Shown: piece by piece, positions 25,199-29,705 of the stretch
How the letters are laid out: every line of letters starts with the position of its first letter
Position numbering within the stretch: position 1 is the stretch's first letter
DNA from: a virus
Taxonomy: Duplodnaviria > Caudoviricetes
Length of the DNA: 29,705 bases
IMG/VR virus record: IMGVR_UViG_3300047409_000115
Location: 1-29,705 of that record
Direction: 5' to 3' (one strand)
Made by a program: the position numbers and the translations under genes
Notes under the pieces: generated by a model
Seen by the model: the letters and a program-made list of their open reading frames with translations, nothing else
Database searches by the model: none
What the model was told of the DNA's origin: nothing

Positions 25199-26092
25199 TC
25201 AGCGCATGACTGACCGGCCGCCGCCCGAGTTGAGCAAACCGCCGGATTTGAGAATGCGATCGACGATAGGAAATGACGCGAAGAACCCGAGGCCGAACCG
25301 TGTGTCATAGGACACGATCGTCTCCAGCGGCCCGACCTTCTTGGTGATGGACGAGGCCACGCCGCCCGCGCCGACGAGGCTGGGATCGTAGTCCGGCTGG
25401 AGCACGACGCCATTGAGCACGCGGATAGTCAGCTCAGCGCACGCGTCCTTGATCGCCTTCGGGATACCGAGGACCGTGTCCCCGTTGTTATCCACGACGC
25501 CTTGGCGCGGCCACTGCGTCGATTGCGATGTCATCTGCGGGGCGAGCCCTGTACCGACCACGGCGAAGGGCGTGATCCAGCTATTCAGAAAGACTGCATT
25601 CACATCCTGCCCGGAGTTGCCGATGACCTGAAGCCGCTTGACGCCCGAGTACCGGTACTTGGCATCGAGATAATCCGTGCTCTGCACGATGGCTTGTTGA
25701 ATAGCGGCGGCGACCGCGCCAGCCGGAACGGCGTTGCCCCGTGAGTTGTGATACTTGGTGAACTCGGTCACCGTAATGTACGCGTTCGCGCCGTCGATCT
25801 CGATAACCGTCGAGGTATCCGTCACGTTCGCGCCGGTCTCCCACGTGATCGTTCCGCCGGCCGGCCAATCAGCCATATTGGCGTTGTTCGCGCGAACGGA
25901 GAAGTGGGCTCCGTCCACGACTTGGACAACAGTGAAGTGGAGGGACTGGAACGAGGGAGTGATCTCGCCGTTATCCGGGAAGCCCTCATAGAGACCGGTG
26001 TCCCCGATCGAAACGACAATCGCGGGCGACGGCTGCAAAGTCAATTGCGTTACCGTGCCCGTCTCGTCCTGAACTGAAAAGATCGCTACCAT
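25199..26092 (-). CDS. Head-tail adaptor (DnaT-like-annotated family) with N-terminal extension
   Basis: ANAYITV, STDYLD, QWPR, IPKAIKDACAEL and KKVGPLET motifs. Confidence 0.8.
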   Translation of the reverse strand: MVAIFSVQDETGTVTQLTLQPSPAIVVSIGDTGLYEGFPDNGEITPSFQSLHFTVVQVVDGAHFSVRANNANMADWPAGGTITWETGANVTDTSTVIEIDGANAYITVTEFTKYHNSRGNAVPAGAVAAAIQQAIVQSTDYLDAKYRYSGVKRLQVIGNSGQDVNAVFLNSWITPFAVVGTGLAPQMTSQSTQWPRQGVVDNNGDTVLGIPKAIKDACAELTIRVLNGVVLQPDYDPSLVGAGGVASSITKKVGPLETIVSYDTRFGLGFFASFPIVDRILKSGGLLNSGGGRSVMR

Positions 26093-26147
26093 GACCTATC
26101 TCCTCCCGTAAAACGCCGCCCGTACGGCGGCGCCACGGCGACCGAGT

Positions 26148-26804
26148 TTAGGCCGCGTTGTTGACTGGGCGAACCGGGCGGGTCCAGCCCCGACGATTCG
26201 AGCGCTCCATGGAGAGGTCGACTTGCGACTTGCCGCCGGTCTTCGGGTCAAGCCCGGCCGCCTCGCGTCGAAGCTCCGTCTGTCGCTCCAGATGCGCCTT
26301 GATGTTCGCGGCTGCCGTGATCGGTGGAAACCGGCGCTGATGATCGATCATGGCGCGCGTGAGCCGCTTCTCCATGGCGAACATGTGCTGCTGTGCCTCG
26401 GAGAGCTGGCGCCGGGCGTCCTGAAGAGCCCCCTCGGCATCCCGAACGCGCCGTGTCAGAACGGCCCGAACCTCGCTCTCCGTCAGAGGCTCACCGGGGC
26501 CATTGACCTCGGGTTCCGCTTGCGGATCGAAACCATCATCGTCTGCGTCGCCTTGAATGGTGGTGTTCTTGAGAACGGTTCCGCCGTCGACCGCCGGAGC
26601 GACGCCGGTCTCATCGCCGGCCGGATAGGCGGCGCGTGCGAAACCCGGAAGGGCTTCATTGATCTGCGCTCGCGTGATGTTCTTGTCGTTGGCGAGCCGC
26701 TGAACCTCGGAGACGAGCGGCGAGCCGTCGTCCGTCCAAAGCTTGTCGTTCTTGGGGTCAAACCCCTTGAGGATTTCTGCGATAGCTGCTTTCTCGGTGG
26801 GCAT
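26148..26804 (-). CDS. Post-capsid head-associated protein
   Basis: N-terminal WTDDGSP...ITRAQINEALPGF domain, acidic linker and coiled coil. Confidence 0.7.
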   Translation of the reverse strand: MPTEKAAIAEILKGFDPKNDKLWTDDGSPLVSEVQRLANDKNITRAQINEALPGFARAAYPAGDETGVAPAVDGGTVLKNTTIQGDADDDGFDPQAEPEVNGPGEPLTESEVRAVLTRRVRDAEGALQDARRQLSEAQQHMFAMEKRLTRAMIDHQRRFPPITAAANIKAHLERQTELRREAAGLDPKTGGKSQVDLSMERSNRRGWTRPVRPVNNAA

Positions 26805-26935
26805 GTATCAACCTCATGGTTGGTGGGGGACAAATGGTGGCCCCCGGGGATTTCTCCCCGAGGGCCGGTGCTCGGTTCGCGACGCGGATTAAGGTGTCCC
26901 CCTCTTCATCCGCGCCGGTCCGGGCAAGCTCCGAA
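26805..26935 (-). ncRNA. Structured intergenic leader with predicted pseudoknot
   Basis: A 9-bp stem whose loop GGGGGACA can pair with downstream UGUCCCCC. A 12-bp GAAA hairpin followed by ACCA. A hairpin over the RBS. Confidence 0.4.
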
Positions 26936-27160
26936 TTACGGGAGCTGAGAGATATTGGTCGCGGAGCCGACGCGCCGCGCACCGTACTTCGTGAGCCGAG
27001 CGAAGATGATCGTAGTCGTGCTCGACAGCTTGGTGGCGATTCGGGTCAGCCACGCAAGACGCTGATTGTCATGCCGCAGCCGCGCGAACTTCGCGTGGCG
27101 CTGATGTCCGTTGTATTCGCGCGAGGCCGCGCCGAGCAGGCCGGAAGTGTTCGTTGCCAT
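26936..27160 (-). CDS. Small basic hypothetical protein
   Basis: AGGAAGAGGA RBS after the capsid terminator. Confidence 0.65.
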   Translation of the reverse strand: MATNTSGLLGAASREYNGHQRHAKFARLRHDNQRLAWLTRIATKLSSTTTIIFARLTKYGARRVGSATNISQLP

Positions 27161-27177
27161 GGTGCGGTCCTCTTCCT

Positions 27178-27208
27178 GTAGAAAGGCCCGCCCGAATGTG
27201 GGCGGGCC
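27178..27208 (-). terminator. Intrinsic terminator-like hairpin after the capsid gene
   Basis: GGCCCGCCC-ACATTC-GGGCGGGCC followed by TTTCT. Confidence 0.6.
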
Positions 27209-27238
27209 GAATTGATTCGAAGCCTACTCGGTGGCGCC

Positions 27239-28336
27239 TCAGCTCTCGCGAGTGATGAGGCGGGCGAGCTTGATCTGCTTCCGCTCCGGGAACACACGCA
27301 CCCACGAGTGATGGTACGCGAGATTGTTCGCGGTGGCGGCGTTGGTCGGGCCGCCCTCGGAAGCCGGGCTGCCGACGTAGGCGTGGCCGACCGGATGGAT
27401 ACACCACTCCACGCGGTTGTAGAGGGTATCAGAGCCGGAGCCGTTGCCTCGATCCGGGTTGCGGAAGACCTCGGTCGGGACGATGGGCGTACCGACACCA
27501 AGGCGGAAGGAGCCCGGGCCGACAAGCCACGTATGGTACACGCCGGAAGCGGTCTGCGCGCCGTTGGAGCTGTCGCCGGCCGGGTTGGGCATGCCATCGT
27601 CCACGATCACCCGACGACCAAGGAAGGTCGGGATATTGACCTTGCCCTCGGAATCCGGGATGAAGTCGATCAGGTTGTTCTTCTGCGCCGTCGAGTAGAC
27701 GATGGAATGCATGAACACGGCGGTCACGTCCTCGGCGGCGTCGCCGAGCAGCGTTGCGGTGTCGATGAAAGCCGACGCGGAGAAGTTGGTCACGCCATTG
27801 GAGAACGTAACACCCGAGATGTCGTGGGTGAGATCGTTCTGCACGCCGTAGGCCGCATTGATGCCGAGCTGACCGGAACGACCGAGGGTCGGATCGGCAA
27901 GCGCGTTGTTGGCGAAGATGCCGTTGGCGACGGCGACGAACGCACGCTGGAGGCGCCGCACCCAATAGTCGGACACGCGGCTCGCGATGCTCTGCATCGG
28001 GTCGGAGCCGGCGAGGGCGGTAGCCAGACGCATCGTGCTCCAGCTCGCGTTGCGCGACAGGCGCACCGCGACCTCGGCCGAGGTCTGCGTGATGTTCGGG
28101 GTCGAAGTGCTGTTCGGGTCATCGTTCGACACGTTCTCGGCCGGGTCGCCGATATCCTGCCACGACGGCACGGTGAAAGTCAGACCGCCGCCGGCAAGCA
28201 GGTTGTCGAGGAAGTCGTCACGGACCGCAACGCCGCTCTGGATGATGGCAGTCTTCTCCATCGTGAGCTGCTGGGTGTACGGAGTGAAAACGGCGGGGAC
28301 GATGACGTCCGCGATTTGAGTGGACACGTTGACCAT
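27239..28336 (-). CDS. Major capsid protein
   Basis: IADVIVPAVF.PY, LAGSDPMQSIASRV..YW, MHS.VY, TFLGRRVIVDDGMP and IKLARL motifs. GGAGAG RBS. Confidence 0.92.
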   Translation of the reverse strand: MVNVSTQIADVIVPAVFTPYTQQLTMEKTAIIQSGVAVRDDFLDNLLAGGGLTFTVPSWQDIGDPAENVSNDDPNSTSTPNITQTSAEVAVRLSRNASWSTMRLATALAGSDPMQSIASRVSDYWVRRLQRAFVAVANGIFANNALADPTLGRSGQLGINAAYGVQNDLTHDISGVTFSNGVTNFSASAFIDTATLLGDAAEDVTAVFMHSIVYSTAQKNNLIDFIPDSEGKVNIPTFLGRRVIVDDGMPNPAGDSSNGAQTASGVYHTWLVGPGSFRLGVGTPIVPTEVFRNPDRGNGSGSDTLYNRVEWCIHPVGHAYVGSPASEGGPTNAATANNLAYHHSWVRVFPERKQIKLARLITRES

Positions 28337-28510
28337 GTGCTGCTCTCCAAAGTGGGTGGGGGTCGCATAAGCATCTCCCCATGGAGAGCCTTGTAAACTC
28401 GTTGGCCGTGCTCATCAGCGTCCCGACATCGGGGAGATTAGCGTGCCAAATTGTGTCGCAAGACTACAGCACTAAATTCCGCTAAACAACTGGCATTTTC
28501 GTTCGAAGAT

Positions 28511-29704
28511 TTAGGTCAGGCCTGTACCCGAAATAATCCACTCAGTCGTCGTGATCTTCTGCGCGACCGCGACGCCGTTAGCCGCGAGCGAGCGCGAGCC
28601 GGTCGTGCCGCCGGGCGACAGCCGCATGGTATCGGTCGTGATCGCGATCGTCACGACGCCGGCCGCATTTTGATTGACGAAAGTGATCTGGGTACCGACC
28701 GGATACGGAACGTTAGTGTTGCTGTCGATCGTGAAGGTGCGCGCGGTCGTGTCCGCCGAAGGATGCAGGATCGTATTGTTTGCATCGGTCGCAACGGTCG
28801 TATACGCCGCGCTCTTGGAGTTAGTCGCCATTGGAGTGAAACCATTGTATTGGCCACCCGTCGAGATCGTGCCGGCCGCGTTGCCCGGGAAGAAGTTGAA
28901 GTCGGCGCCGCCGCCCGTGATGCGCGACCCATTGTTGACGTTGAACTTGATACCCGTCGCAGCGCCGGAGAAGGTCGGGAACACGTGACCATAGGAGCCG
29001 TTCACACAGTTGATGAACTGGGTGAAAGCCGGGGTGCCCGTCAGCGTGACCGTTTGGTTTTGAATGCGCGCGATGCCCGCGAAGATCGTCTGCACGTGTT
29101 GCGCCGCGCCGCCCGAGATCGTGTAATTCGTGCCGACGTTGAGCGCCATCGCCGCAAACGACACGTTGACATGAACTCCGGTGCAGACCCCGAAGTCCCA
29201 CTCGCCGAACGTAAGGATAGCGAGATTTGAGACCGTGAGGCCATCGCCCGAGCTTGTCGACTTGAAGCCGCGCGCCGTTGCAATCGAGCTGTTACTGAGT
29301 GCGAGGGCCGACGACAGAATGCAATTCGCGGGGGTCGTCGTGTCCCCCAACAGCGTCACGGTGCCCGTGCCTAGCGCCGGGCCGCTCATCGTGGCACCCG
29401 CGAACGTTCCGGTCCTGACCTGACCCGTAACATTGAAGGTCTTGATGTCGAGCGTCGCAAGCGTGTTGAAGAATTTTTGGATCGTCAGGAAGGCGCCGCC
29501 GGCCGTATCCGCGAGGCCGGTGTTCGTGTCTGCGCCATCCGTACGGATGTAATAGGTGCGATCGGCCGAGAGCTGTTCACGGACAGATGGGACCGTGCCC
29601 GGAGGGCCGGGCTGTCCATCTTCGCCGTCCGCGCCGTCCTGACCCGGAGGCCCGGGCGGTCCCCGAGTGTTCGAAGTATCGAGGAGCAGCCACTCCGTCG
29701 CGGC
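28511..29704 (-). CDS. Fibre protein, 5'-truncated: collagen-like stalk, beta-helix-like region and C-terminal head
   Basis: The frame is open past the 29389 start to the window edge. GPPGPPGQDGADGEDGQPGPPG (29597-29662), then REQLSADRTYYIRTDG..AFLTIQ. Confidence 0.75.
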   Translation of the reverse strand, partial: AATEWLLLDTSNTRGPPGPPGQDGADGEDGQPGPPGTVPSVREQLSADRTYYIRTDGADTNTGLADTAGGAFLTIQKFFNTLATLDIKTFNVTGQVRTGTFAGATMSGPALGTGTVTLLGDTTTPANCILSSALALSNSSIATARGFKSTSSGDGLTVSNLAILTFGEWDFGVCTGVHVNVSFAAMALNVGTNYTISGGAAQHVQTIFAGIARIQNQTVTLTGTPAFTQFINCVNGSYGHVFPTFSGAATGIKFNVNNGSRITGGGADFNFFPGNAAGTISTGGQYNGFTPMATNSKSAAYTTVATDANNTILHPSADTTARTFTIDSNTNVPYPVGTQITFVNQNAAGVVTIAITTDTMRLSPGGTTGSRSLAANGVAVAQKITTTEWIISGTGLT

Positions 29705-29705
29705 C

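Noticed and set aside
26865-26935. HDV-like/theta ribozyme (GCGAA after a stem)
   Set aside because: Could not build P1/P3/P1.1 in the required order.
28400-28425. CTGATGA (minus strand) in the capsid leader as a hammerhead core
   Set aside because: No stem II followed by GAAA.
1-29705. CRISPR array, integrase, transposase, reverse transcriptase, rRNA
   Set aside because: No direct-repeat/spacer pattern or catalytic motifs were seen in this window.

Overview
This is a GC-rich tailed-phage (siphovirus-like) genome segment. The host is probably alphaproteobacterial, inferred from promoter style and TTAACCAT motifs. Positions 1-5033 (+) hold small early/accessory genes (metallophosphoesterase, lipoprotein, GNAT) interspersed with structured non-coding segments. 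One is an array of three back-to-back RNA-like units, each closed by a ~20-bp stem (2140-2559). Another is a 145-nt tRNA-like element (4255-4399). Positions 5030-29705 (-) form a late region, read right to left: collagen-containing fibre (partial), major capsid, head-tail proteins, tail tube, tail chaperone with a predicted -1 frameshift, tape measure, an inserted ADP-ribosyltransferase, tail tip/fibre genes, a six-enzyme glycan cluster (GDP-mannose 4,6-dehydratase, an Fcl-like reductase lacking the epimerase Cys, four glycosyltransferase-like genes) and a GH108 lysis cassette. All family calls come from motif recognition by eye; no searches or folding programs were run.
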